Source of the DNA: Kofleriaceae bacterium
GTDB taxonomy: Bacteria; Myxococcota_A; Polyangia; Haliangiales; Haliangiaceae
Reading direction: 5' to 3'
Length of the DNA stretch: 64,000 bases
Assembly: GCA_965215005.1 (NCBI GenBank)
Contig: CBDCCZ010000009.1
Coordinates: 35,981-99,980, forward strand
This document shows positions 51,214-60,914 of this stretch, piece by piece. The stretch's first letter is position 1. Every line of letters starts with the position of its first letter. The translations under genes and the position numbers were made by a program. A model generated the notes under the pieces. It was not told where the DNA came from. It did not search any database and saw only the letters and a program-made list of their open reading frames with translations.

Positions 51214-51297
51214 GCCAGCGCATTGCAGCCAGCGGATTGCAGCCAGCGGATTGCAGCCAGCGGATTGCAGCCAGCGGTTTGCAGCCAGCGGATTGCA
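51214..51297. repeat. Tandem repeat, 14 bp x6
   Basis: GCCAGCGGATTGCA; four exact copies and two single-mismatch copies. Confidence 0.92.
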
Positions 51298-51388
51298 GCG
51301 CGATGCGCGGCGCGCACTGTCGCCGATGCTGCTCGTGGCCGCTCGGGTCCCTCGCGGACCGTCCCTTCGGGTAAGGTGCGTGGCGGTC

Positions 51389-54217
51389 ATGTCCATCCGC
51401 AACTTGCCGCGGCCGATGTCGCCGTTCATTGGCCGCACCGAGGTGCTCGCTGAGCTCGTCGCGCTGGACGAGCGCGAGCGCCTGGTCACCGTGCTCGGCA
51501 CGTCGGGGCTCGGCAAGACCCGCTTGGTGGTCGAATACGCGCAGCTCCAGGCGGCGAGCCGCGACCTCGTCTTCGTCGACCTCAGCGAGCGCGCTGGGCT
51601 CGATGGCTTGCTCGATGCAGTGAGCGCCGCGCTCGAGCTGTCGCGGGCGCCGACCACCGCGGCCGAGCTCGCTCCGCTGCTGCGGCGCCGAGGCCAGCTG
51701 CTCGTCATCCTCGACAACTTCGAGCATCTCGTGCACCTGGCGACCGCTACGGTCGGGGCGTGGCTCGAGGCCTGCCCCGAGGCTCGATTTCTGGCTACGT
51801 CGCGCGAGCGGCTGCGTCTGGAGGGCGAGCGAGTGCTCGAGTTGATGCCCTTGCAGCTGCAGTCTGCCGGCGCTGGCGAGAGTGAAGCGGTGGCGCTGTG
51901 GTGCGCGCAGCGGCAGATGACAGACCCGCACTACCAGCCCGGCGCGGAGGAGCTGGCGGTGGTGAGCGAGATCGCTGCTCGCCTCGATGGAATCCCGCTC
52001 GCGATCGAGCTCGCCGCGGCGCGCGCTGCGGTGCTCGGTCCCTCCGACGTCCTGCACCGCCTCGAGCAGCGCTTCGAGCTGCTCGCTCACGGTCGTCGCG
52101 GAGTCGGAGCGCGACAAGCGACGATGCGCGGCGCCATCGATTGGTCGTGGGAGCTGCTGCAGGAGTGGGAGCGGGCGGCGCTGGCGCAATGTTCGGTGTT
52201 CCGCGGCGGCTTTGATGTTGCGGCGGCGGAAGCCGTCATCGACCTTTCGGCGTGGCCAGCGGCGCCAGTGGTCCTCGATGTCATTCACGCGCTGCGGGAC
52301 AAATCGCTGGTGCGCGTGCTTGGCCCGGCGCGCGGGACCGATTCGCTGCGGCTAGCGATGTTCGCCTCCATCCGCGACTACGCAGCCGAAAAACTGGCCG
52401 AAGGAGGCGAGCTTGCCCGGTGCGCGTGTCAGCGTCGACTTGCGCGCCACTACACCGCTCTGGGCGAGCACCTATGGCAGGCCTCGAATGGCCCGCAAGC
52501 GGCCAAGCCACTGCACCTCTTGGCTGCTGAGCACGATAATTTCGTCGCGGTTACTCGCAATGGCTTGGAGCTCGGTGAGCCGAGCGATCTCGAGGCGGCG
52601 CTCGATGCCCTCCGTTGCCTCGACTTGATCGCCACCACTCGCGGGCCGCTCGGGGCGCATCTCGAGCTTCTCGAGCACGTGCTCGCCGCGGCGCGCCGAG
52701 CCGACGTTGCTCCTGCCGTCCGCGCGTGCGGACTCGAGCTGTTCGGCCTCACCCTCGGCCATCTCGGCCGTTTGGAGGCGGGCACCGCGGCCCTCGAGGA
52801 GGCGGTGGAGCTGCTCGAGGACCTCTGCCAGCAGGAGCCGCCAGTCGCGGACCCAAGTCCCCAATCACGGGCGACGCAACCGCTGACGGCAGAGCCGTCG
52901 GAGCGCCGCCGCGCGTATCCCGACCGCTTGAATCTCATGCTCGCGCGCGCTCTCTCGAGCTTGGCCTGGTTGCGGCTGCGCGGCCGCGAGCTCGAGCGCC
53001 ATCAGGAGCTTCTCGAGCGAGCGCGGCCGATGGCTCAGCGACTCGGCGAGCTCCAGCTCGAGGGCCAGATTGCTGGCTCTTTGGGAGCGGGTCACAAAGA
53101 GCGCGGTCAGCTCGCGCGGGCCGAAGAGCTGTATGAAGAGTCGCTAGCGCTGCATCGTCGCGCCGGCAATCGCCGTGATGAAGGCGTCGCGTACACCCGT
53201 CTTGCCATTCTCTACCTCGAGCACGGCAAGCTCGAGGCGCTGCGCGAGGTCGCCGAGCGAGCGCTGGCAATCCACCGTGAGCTGGGGGCGCGTCACGTCG
53301 AAGCGCTGGTTTTGATGGCGCTCGCGGCGGCGCATCATGCCGAGAACCGTTTGGCGTTGGCGCGCGAGGTGTATGACCAAGCACTGGCCCTCCAGCGGTT
53401 TACCGGCGAGAAACGCATGCACGGTGCTTGCCTTGGGTATCTCGGCGTCGTCGAGCTCGAGCTCGGCGAGGTGGATGCAGCCAAGGCCCAGTTCGACGCC
53501 GCTCAGCAGGTTTTGCAAGAAGCGGCCGAAGAGCGACACGCGGCGCTGTTTTTGGCATTTCGCAGCACCCTCGAGTCCTCGCTCGGCCATCTCGAACGCG
53601 CGCGTCATCTGCTGGGCCGAGCCGCGGCGAGCATTGCAGCGCATCCCGATGACCGCATTGCGGCGGTGATTGCTCTTGCACGGGCGCAGCTGGAGCTAGC
53701 GCGCGAGCGCGGAGCCGGTGGCAACCCGCGCTGGGCGCTCGACCAGGCGCAGGCGACGCTGGCGGCACTGCGGCAGCCCAGCGGCGAGCACGCGCTGGCC
53801 AGTCGCTCTATCGACGTTCGCATCGCGGCCCGGCTACTCGAGCGCGCCATCGCTGGTTCCGAGGTCGAGGACGAAAACACCAGCGTGCTGCTCGTGCACG
53901 GCCGTGGCCACTGGTTTCGTCCGCCTGGCGCCGAAGCCGTCGACTGCCGCCGGCGTCACGCGATGCGCCGCCTGTTGGTGCGATTGGCGCATCAACGCTT
54001 GCATCAGCCGGGAGTCCCGCTCGAGCCCTCGGTGCTGCTCGCATGTGGTTGGCCGGACGAGCGGATGACCGCCGAATCGGCGCAGAACCGCCTCTACGTG
54101 ACGATGAACCGGCTGCGCGGACTCGGGCTGCGCGACATTCTGCTGGCGGAGGGCGGCGGGTATCTACTCGACCCACGGGTGCGCCTGCGGCTGGTCCAGG
54201 ACGAGGCGATCGGTTGA
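51389..54217 (+). CDS. STAND-like ATPase with TPR repeats and C-terminal wHTH-like domain
   Basis: NLP...FIGR, GTSGLGKT, ILDNFEH, LDGIPLAIELAAAR, TPRs, NRLYVTMNRLR...GGYLL. Confidence 0.88.
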   Translation: MSIRNLPRPMSPFIGRTEVLAELVALDERERLVTVLGTSGLGKTRLVVEYAQLQAASRDLVFVDLSERAGLDGLLDAVSAALELSRAPTTAAELAPLLRRRGQLLVILDNFEHLVHLATATVGAWLEACPEARFLATSRERLRLEGERVLELMPLQLQSAGAGESEAVALWCAQRQMTDPHYQPGAEELAVVSEIAARLDGIPLAIELAAARAAVLGPSDVLHRLEQRFELLAHGRRGVGARQATMRGAIDWSWELLQEWERAALAQCSVFRGGFDVAAAEAVIDLSAWPAAPVVLDVIHALRDKSLVRVLGPARGTDSLRLAMFASIRDYAAEKLAEGGELARCACQRRLARHYTALGEHLWQASNGPQAAKPLHLLAAEHDNFVAVTRNGLELGEPSDLEAALDALRCLDLIATTRGPLGAHLELLEHVLAAARRADVAPAVRACGLELFGLTLGHLGRLEAGTAALEEAVELLEDLCQQEPPVADPSPQSRATQPLTAEPSERRRAYPDRLNLMLARALSSLAWLRLRGRELERHQELLERARPMAQRLGELQLEGQIAGSLGAGHKERGQLARAEELYEESLALHRRAGNRRDEGVAYTRLAILYLEHGKLEALREVAERALAIHRELGARHVEALVLMALAAAHHAENRLALAREVYDQALALQRFTGEKRMHGACLGYLGVVELELGEVDAAKAQFDAAQQVLQEAAEERHAALFLAFRSTLESSLGHLERARHLLGRAAASIAAHPDDRIAAVIALARAQLELARERGAGGNPRWALDQAQATLAALRQPSGEHALASRSIDVRIAARLLERAIAGSEVEDENTSVLLVHGRGHWFRPPGAEAVDCRRRHAMRRLLVRLAHQRLHQPGVPLEPSVLLACGWPDERMTAESAQNRLYVTMNRLRGLGLRDILLAEGGGYLLDPRVRLRLVQDEAIG

Positions 54218-54327
54218 CGCCCGGCGTCCGCTGACCGCATAGAATCGCCTGCCATGGCTCGTATGCTCAGCAGCGCCAAACGCGTGGTAGTGCGCTGTTG
54301 CCCATACCGGAACCGCCGCGAGGCTCG

Positions 54328-55107
54328 ATGAGTGCGAAATATTCGCCGCTCGATTGGTACGAGGCGCCGCTCTACTACGACTTGGCGTTCGCTGATAGGA
54401 CCTCACGCGAGAGCGATTTCCTCGAGGAGATGATGCGCTGCTACGTCGGCCGCGGCCGTCGGATCCTCGAGCCGGCGTGCGGCTCCGGGCGTTTGCTCGC
54501 CTCGCTCGCGGCGCGTGGGTATCGCGTTGATGGGTTCGACGCCGCCGCGGCAATGGTCGACTTCAGTCGCCGTCGTCTGGCGCGGACGCCGTCGCGGGTT
54601 TGGCAAGCACGAATGGAATCGTTTGCGACCCGCGGACGGTATCACCTGGCGCACTGCTTGGTGAGCACGTTCAAGTATCTGCTCACGGAAGCCCACGCTC
54701 GCGCTCATCTCGAGCAGATCGCGAGCGCATTGGTGAGCGGTGGAATCTACGTGCTCGGCTTTCATCTTACCGACTACAGCCAGACGCGCTGCGAGCGCGA
54801 GCGCTGGACCGGTGCGGGCCACGGCCTCGAGGTCGTGTGCAACATTGCCGGCTGGCCACCGTGTCGCCGGCGCCGCCGCGAGCGACTGCGATCGCGGCTG
54901 GTGGTGCGCCGCGCGGATGCCAAGACCGAACGCTACGAGACCAGCTGGGAGTTTCGCACCTATGACGCGCGGCAGTTTCGCCGGTTGCTCGCCAGCGTTC
55001 CGACGCTCGAGCACGTCGCGACGTATGACTTCGACTACGATGCCTCCCGCGAGGTCGTGTTCGGCGACGGCCAGCTCGACCACGTGGTGATCTTGCGGCG
55101 CCGGTAG
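54328..55107 (+). CDS. Class I SAM-dependent methyltransferase
   Basis: ILEPACGSGR, L..GGIYVL. Confidence 0.88.
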   Translation: MSAKYSPLDWYEAPLYYDLAFADRTSRESDFLEEMMRCYVGRGRRILEPACGSGRLLASLAARGYRVDGFDAAAAMVDFSRRRLARTPSRVWQARMESFATRGRYHLAHCLVSTFKYLLTEAHARAHLEQIASALVSGGIYVLGFHLTDYSQTRCERERWTGAGHGLEVVCNIAGWPPCRRRRRERLRSRLVVRRADAKTERYETSWEFRTYDARQFRRLLASVPTLEHVATYDFDYDASREVVFGDGQLDHVVILRRR

Positions 55108-55207
55108 TGTCTCGCAGCGTCAGCTTCCCCGCGGAGTCGGCGGCCGAGTTTCTGGCTCGAGCTCGCGGCGCGTGCGCGGCTGGATTTCTGGCTCATCTGG
55201 ACCGGCG

Positions 55208-55495
55208 CTAGCCGTGAACCGCTAGAAAAACAACAATCGCTTGGGGAGACGCCGAAGGGGGCGCCTGAGCAGCAGAAATCTGCCGCCCTTGCCCCGCATC
55301 GGGGCGGCGGAATTCTGCGTCATCAATCCCGCGGCGGCGGACTAGTGGTTCACGGCGGAAGTCGTGAACCGCTAGAAAAGCAACAATCGCTTGGGGAGAC
55401 GCCGAACGGGGCGCCTGAGCAGCAGAAATCTGCCGCCCTTGCCCCGCATCGGGGCGGCGGAATTCTGCGTCATCAATCCCGCGGCGGCGTACTAG
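55208..55495. mobile_element. MITE/REP-like element, about two tandem 150-bp units bounded by CTAG
   Basis: CGTGAACCGCTAG at 55213 and 55363; near-identical units; CTAG at 55208 and 55492; related copies at 6.2 and 15.7 kb. Confidence 0.7.
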
Positions 55496-57647
55496 GAGGT
55501 TCTTGCGGACTGCGCGCGTCATCCGGGATCTGTGCCGGCGTTGCTGGCGCGGTGTCGGGACCTCGGGGCCGAATTTCTGGCTCGGCGCCGGGTGACGGCG
55601 CGCCTTGCTCGGGCGCTGCAGGCGCGCCGCTAGCGCCGCTGATCGCTCGATTCAACCCGGACAAAGGAGCCAAGCTGGGTGGCTCCAGCGCAGCTTCGAG
55701 CGCGTCGGCCTCGGCCGCTTCTCGGCGCCGCCGCCGCTCGACCCGAAGCCGCTGCTCCTCTTCTTGAGCGCGCGCTAGGTCCTCTTCCTCTTGCTCGCGA
55801 CTCGGAGCGGGCGCTTGGCGCGCGTTGCTGTCGCCGTCGTCGGCTGCCGCCGTTGCGCTTGCCGAGGAGTCCTGGCTCGGAGCTGCAGTCTCGGCCGCTT
55901 TGGGAATTGCCGCGGCCTCGGGGGCGGGAGGCGCGATGGCGGGCAGCTGCGGCGCTGGCTCGACGGGCGCCGAGGCGGTGGACGGTGGAATTTCGGCCTC
56001 AGGAGCGCGCGCCGGCGCGCTCGAGCGCATCACCAGAAACGCCAACCCGCAACCGAGAAAACCGGCGGCCGCGCCCGCCGCCAATAGCCGGCCGCGCGAG
56101 CGCCATGGCTGCGGCGGCGTGGGCTCGACGACGCTGGTAAGTGCCTCCGACGCCAGGCGATGACCGGCGGGCAGTACGGCGCTCACCGGCAGCTCGATGC
56201 AGCGGCGGGTGACGGGCACCAGCGCCGCTGAGGACGGCACCGTCGAACCTGCCGGAGCGCTTGCGGATTTGGCGCTGGGCTGAGCCGCGAGCGCGGTGCT
56301 CTCGCGGGCCAGGCCTGCGGGTTCTTGCGCTGCGATTTCGGCGGCCGCTGCATCGCTGGCCGAAGGCGCCGCACCCGCCTGCCTGCAAGCGGGCTCCTCT
56401 GCGTTTCCTTGCTCCGGCGCTGTCTCGCCGGGGTCGGGAGGCGATGCTGGCAGTGGCAGAGTCTCACTCACGCAGCCGGGCGGATCGTCGCCGCGCGTCC
56501 ACTCGAGCGTCTTGCGCCCGAGCAGGCGTTCCCCCAGGACTGGCGATACCGCCCGAAGCGACGCTGTAGACGCCGACCCCAGCCGTGCCGCCGCCTCGGC
56601 AGGCCCCCACTCGGAGACCGCCCGCAGGCGCGGGCCGCTGCCATCGCCGCCGAAGGTGGTGGTCCGCGCCCGTTCCAACGCCGCTCGCGGACCATCTTCT
56701 GGAAACAGCTCCTGGACATAGCGTCCGAGCGCGAACGGCGAGACCTCTAAGCGGTGGTTGCGCGCGAAGGCATCCAAGTCCATCGCTAACGCCCGTGCGG
56801 TTTGATACCGCCGCCCCAAGTCGCGCTCCAGCGCTCGCATGACGATCACTTCGAGCTCGTCGGGATAATCGGCAGCTCGCGTCGACGGCGGCAGGATCTC
56901 ACCCTTGGTGATCTTGTCCATGGTCTCGTACGGCGTCTTGCCCCGAAACAGCGGCTGGTTGGTCGACAGCTCGTAGAGCAGGATTCCGAGCGAGAAGATG
57001 TCGCTGCGGCGATCGATCGGCTCGCCGAGGCACTGCTCGGGCGACATGAACGACGTCTTGCCTTTGAGGACGCCCGCGTGGGTCTCCGTCTGCCGATACG
57101 CTGCCTTGGCAATTCCAAAGTCGATGAGCTTCACGCAGCCGTCGAAGGTGACCAGGATGTTGGCTGGCGATACATCGCGGTGGACGATGTTCATCGCGCG
57201 GCCGTCGGGACGGCGCTGCTCGTGCGCGGCGTGGAGGCCGGCGGCGCAGCCGGAAATGATGGCAATGGCTTGGTCGAGCGGCATGCGCGCGCGCCGGTCG
57301 CTGAGGAGCTTGCGGAGGTGCCGGAGGTCTTTGCCGGGCACGAACTCCATCGTGAAGAAGTAGCCGCAGGTGTCCGTGCCGATGTCGTAGACCTGGGCGA
57401 TGTTGGGGTGGTGCAGGGTCGCAGCGATGCGCGCTTCGTCGAGGAACATGGTGACGAAGTCGCTGCGCTCGGCGTGGCACGGCAGGATGCGCTTGAGCAC
57501 CACGAGCTTTTCGAAGCCTTCGATTCCCGTGGCCCGCGCCAGGTAGATCTCGGCCATGCCGCCAATTTCGAGGCGGCGTACCAACTCGTAGCGCCCCACT
57601 ACGGTTCCCGGTGGTAGCCCGGCGGGACTGTCGGCAATGCTGAGCAC
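55473..57647 (-). CDS. Membrane Ser/Thr protein kinase
   Basis: GGMAEIY, VVLKRI, HRDVSPANI, DFG, SPEQ, SDIFSLG; TM and Pro/Ala tail; start approximate. Confidence 0.93.
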   Translation of the reverse strand: MLSIADSPAGLPPGTVVGRYELVRRLEIGGMAEIYLARATGIEGFEKLVVLKRILPCHAERSDFVTMFLDEARIAATLHHPNIAQVYDIGTDTCGYFFTMEFVPGKDLRHLRKLLSDRRARMPLDQAIAIISGCAAGLHAAHEQRRPDGRAMNIVHRDVSPANILVTFDGCVKLIDFGIAKAAYRQTETHAGVLKGKTSFMSPEQCLGEPIDRRSDIFSLGILLYELSTNQPLFRGKTPYETMDKITKGEILPPSTRAADYPDELEVIVMRALERDLGRRYQTARALAMDLDAFARNHRLEVSPFALGRYVQELFPEDGPRAALERARTTTFGGDGSGPRLRAVSEWGPAEAAARLGSASTASLRAVSPVLGERLLGRKTLEWTRGDDPPGCVSETLPLPASPPDPGETAPEQGNAEEPACRQAGAAPSASDAAAAEIAAQEPAGLARESTALAAQPSAKSASAPAGSTVPSSAALVPVTRRCIELPVSAVLPAGHRLASEALTSVVEPTPPQPWRSRGRLLAAGAAAGFLGCGLAFLVMRSSAPARAPEAEIPPSTASAPVEPAPQLPAIAPPAPEAAAIPKAAETAAPSQDSSASATAAADDGDSNARQAPAPSREQEEEDLARAQEEEQRLRVERRRRREAAEADALEAALEPPSLAPLSGLNRAISGASGAPAAPEQGAPSPGAEPEIRPRGPDTAPATPAQIPDDARSPQEPPSTPPRD

Positions 57648-57890
57648 GCAGGCACGAGCGTATGCAAGTGGAATGCACGGTTGCAAGGGCGGTCGGCGAC
57701 TCTTGTAACTGCTTGGTTTTAGACACTTCTGTAGCGAAAGGCGCGGAACGTGGAGTAGTGCATCCCACCCGTGTTGCAGTCGGAGCGGCCCCGGGGCGGG
57801 GCCCCGCCACGCCAGTTGCGCCGCTTGCGCCGGCACTGGCCGCAGCGCTGAGCAGCGCTACAGTGAAGGCTTCGCGAGGGACGTCTCTCC

Positions 57891-58736
57891 ATGCCCAGTT
57901 GGCCGCATCGCCGCTACGTTTGCGTGAGCTGTCGTCGACTGATGGTCGCAGCGGAACGGTGCGACTGTCCGCGCGCGGACCGGGTCGACCTGCTCTCGGC
58001 CGCCGAGGTGGAGCGGCTGCGGGCATCGGTATGGCGAGGCGCCGACGCCGCAGACGATGTGCATCAGCGAGTCGCCGCTGTCGTCATGGTCTCCTCGAGT
58101 CTCACCATCGTCTTATTGATGATTTCACCGGTCCTGGTGCCGTTCGTGTTTGCTGCCTCGGTGGTCGGCTCATCCCAGGTGTTGCGCCTGCGTCGTGGGC
58201 CGAAGCCGCATGGAGCATGGCGGTTGCCGGCAACCGAACGACAGCGCCGATTGGTCACGGCACCGGTGATCGGCACAGTGACAGCTGGGGCTGCGCTGCC
58301 GTCGCCGCTGCACTCGTTGCCGTGCGTTGGCTACGCGGTCACGCTGCATCACCGCCGCGCCCTCGATAGCTCGACGGTGCTGCGTGATGCGCGCTGCGAC
58401 GGCTTTACGATCGCTACCGACGACGGTTGCCGCGTTGAGGTGCCAGCCGGCCCTATCGATTTCCTCGCAGATAGTGGCAGCGTCGCGTGTCATCGCTCGA
58501 GACATTTGCTCGACTCGTACTGGAGCTCGGTGGCGTGCTGCGAGGGGGCCGATCCGCACGAGGTGTTTCCTCACGACCGGGTGAGCGAGCAACGCATTGC
58601 GCTGGGCGATCGCGTGGCGCTTTACAATGAGCTCGCCTCGCGCGCCGATCCCAACGCTCCCTCGACCTTGTATCGCGAGTCTGCCGTTATCAGTTACGCA
58701 CCGCTGGGGCGGCCGCGCGTCGAGCGAATCGCCTGA
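57891..58736 (+). CDS. Hypothetical membrane protein with N-terminal Cys cluster
   Basis: CVSC...CDC, two hydrophobic segments, soluble C-terminal domain. Confidence 0.65.
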   Translation: MPSWPHRRYVCVSCRRLMVAAERCDCPRADRVDLLSAAEVERLRASVWRGADAADDVHQRVAAVVMVSSSLTIVLLMISPVLVPFVFAASVVGSSQVLRLRRGPKPHGAWRLPATERQRRLVTAPVIGTVTAGAALPSPLHSLPCVGYAVTLHHRRALDSSTVLRDARCDGFTIATDDGCRVEVPAGPIDFLADSGSVACHRSRHLLDSYWSSVACCEGADPHEVFPHDRVSEQRIALGDRVALYNELASRADPNAPSTLYRESAVISYAPLGRPRVERIA

Positions 58737-59038
58737 GCCCGTCGCCGCTCTCTCGCGTTGTTGCGCCCATGTGGCGATGGAATGGCGCGCGAGTTTCGCC
58801 GCGAGTGGCTCGCGGAGGGCGGAGAATCGTGAAGCTGAAATTTTAGCCTCACGCGGGAATCTCACCCAGACTGACGTCCTTTTCAGGGAATGTTCCGCCT
58901 AGTAAACGCTGCTTTGACTCGGCTAAACTGGAGGTGCGAGCGGGTCGGCAACTAGCCCCCGCGCGTCACTGAGGTCGGTAACTCGTGCCGCCACGCACCT
59001 GCGGGCGGAGCTAGTTACCTAGAGTCGGGGAGGGAGCT

Positions 59039-60007
59039 TTGGAAGAGCTTGGTCGGGTGCTCATCGTCGAAGATGATGAGGAGACGAGTGCGCAGTTAGC
59101 AGCCGTGCTTCGTCTCGTTGGCTATGACGTGTCGGTCGCGAGCAGCGGCGAACGCGCGCTGTGCGTGGTCGCAAGCGAGCGCGAGCGGCCGGACCTGGTG
59201 TTGGTTGATCTCGAGCTTCCCACCATGGACGGGTTGGCGCTGCTGGATGCGCTGCGCACGGGCGAGCATGTCGTTGCAGTTCCCGCGCTCGTGGTCTCGG
59301 GTCACTCCGACCCCGAGCGCCGCGCCGCCTGCCTCGACCGCGGCGCCGATGACTTCTTAGCCAAACCGGTCGACGGCGCCGAGCTGGTCGCACGGGTGCG
59401 GCTGCACCTGCGTCGCGCGCGGCAACTCGATCAGTGGCGACGCGAGAGCCGGATCGACGTGCTCACCGGGCTCTACAATCGCCGCGGCTTTAGCGAGCTG
59501 GTAGCGCGCGAGCTGGCGCGTATCCAACGCAGCGGCGGCTCACTGGTGCTGGTGTTCTTCGACCTCGATGGATTCAAGCGCATCAACGATGTCTTCGGTC
59601 ACGACATCGGCGATCGGGTTCTGCAGCAAACCGCGGGCGCTATGCACGCGAGCATGCGTCGAGGCGACATCGGCGGCCGCTGGGGCGGCGACGAGTTCGT
59701 GATCGCGCTGGGGGCAGCGCGATCGCGCAGCGCCGCTGAGGTGGTGCGCCGGGTGGAAGCACAGTTGCAGCAGCGTTGCGTTGGCTTCGGCTTGTCGATT
59801 CGGCTCTCGGCAGGATTGGCCGAGACCCGGTCGCCAGCGGGCAGGCTTCGCAGCACGGAAAGCGAGCAGGCACTGGTCGAGGCGCTGGTGCAGACCGCCG
59901 ATCGCAACATGTATCGCGCCAAGCGAAGCAGTCGACTCGGCATCGCCAATCGCGAAATGGAGATCGAGCATGGCGAGCATGGAGCAGGGCATGCAGGAAG
60001 GCGATAG
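59039..60007 (+). CDS. Receiver-domain diguanylate cyclase
   Basis: REC (IVEDD, LVD, AKP); DVLTGLYNRR, DLDGFKRIND, RRGD I-site, GGDEF. Confidence 0.93.
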   Translation: MEELGRVLIVEDDEETSAQLAAVLRLVGYDVSVASSGERALCVVASERERPDLVLVDLELPTMDGLALLDALRTGEHVVAVPALVVSGHSDPERRAACLDRGADDFLAKPVDGAELVARVRLHLRRARQLDQWRRESRIDVLTGLYNRRGFSELVARELARIQRSGGSLVLVFFDLDGFKRINDVFGHDIGDRVLQQTAGAMHASMRRGDIGGRWGGDEFVIALGAARSRSAAEVVRRVEAQLQQRCVGFGLSIRLSAGLAETRSPAGRLRSTESEQALVEALVQTADRNMYRAKRSSRLGIANREMEIEHGEHGAGHAGRR

Positions 60008-60911
60008 CGAGCGTATGAACAAGATCATGAAGCCAGAATCGGCCGCCGATAAGACCCGGTTCGCTGCGGGCTCTTGCACCCAACTTCCCGCCACCGCGGT
60101 CGAGTCCACCGGCGATGGTTTTGATGACGCGCACGAGAAGCGCCGCTCGTTTCGCTTCCCCGTCTCGGGGCGCGCCGCGCTTTGCACGCGATTTGGGGTG
60201 CGCTCGAGCTATTCGCTCGACAACATCTCGCTGGGCGGCGCGCTGCTGTTTGGTGCCTCGGCCATCAAAGAAGGCGAGCTGCTCGATGCCGAGGTGCTCG
60301 TGAGTGGTGCACCGCCGGTAAACGTGCGCGCGCGGGTTCGGCGACGGCTCGACACCGGCGGTCACACGGGTTGGCTGGCGCTCGAGTTCGCCCCGCTCAG
60401 CGCCGATGCTGAGGACCGGATCCACGATGTGTTCGTGCGGCTGCTCGAAGACAAAAACCAAGTCGTGTTGGTCGTGGGGCAAAATCCTCTGCTGAGCGGC
60501 GAGCTATGCCGGCAGCTGCAGGCACTAGAGCGCCGATTCGTGCGGGTTTGGACGCCGCTAGACGCGCTGATGGCGATGCAGAGCGGCCGCTTTCGAGTGG
60601 TGATGGTGGTCGTCGAAGACGAGCTCACCCAGACCTGCGGAATCGAGCTGCTGCGATTCTTCGCTCACGATTATCGCGGCGTGCATCGGGTGCTGCTAAC
60701 CAATCGCGCGAGTGGCGAGGCACCGGCTGACGGCGTGACGGCAGCACGCGTGTGCGCGCCTTGGACCATCACGGAAGTGCGCGAGCTGCTCGTGCCGATT
60801 AGCAGGGACGGCGCCAGCGGGATGCTACTCACCGGACCGCGGTCCCGGGCGCTGCCCACTGCGCGTCCGCTCGGCGAGGTGCCGGCGGAAGCATCGCAGC
60901 CGCGCGGTTGA
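59970..60911 (+). CDS. PilZ domain protein with degenerate receiver-like domain
   Basis: RRSFR, NISLGG; C-terminal VVLVV...GIELL...RVLLT; start 59970 or 60016. Confidence 0.8.
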   Translation: MASMEQGMQEGDSERMNKIMKPESAADKTRFAAGSCTQLPATAVESTGDGFDDAHEKRRSFRFPVSGRAALCTRFGVRSSYSLDNISLGGALLFGASAIKEGELLDAEVLVSGAPPVNVRARVRRRLDTGGHTGWLALEFAPLSADAEDRIHDVFVRLLEDKNQVVLVVGQNPLLSGELCRQLQALERRFVRVWTPLDALMAMQSGRFRVVMVVVEDELTQTCGIELLRFFAHDYRGVHRVLLTNRASGEAPADGVTAARVCAPWTITEVRELLVPISRDGASGMLLTGPRSRALPTARPLGEVPAEASQPRG

Positions 60912-60914
60912 AAG

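Noticed and set aside
51214..51297. CRISPR array (also considered for 6839, 7900 and 55208)
   Set aside because: Units are contiguous with no unique spacers, and no cas genes are present
59039..60007. Hypr-type GGDEF making 3',3'-cGAMP
   Set aside because: The guanine-specifying Asp is retained (GHDIGDRVL), consistent with an ordinary diguanylate cyclase
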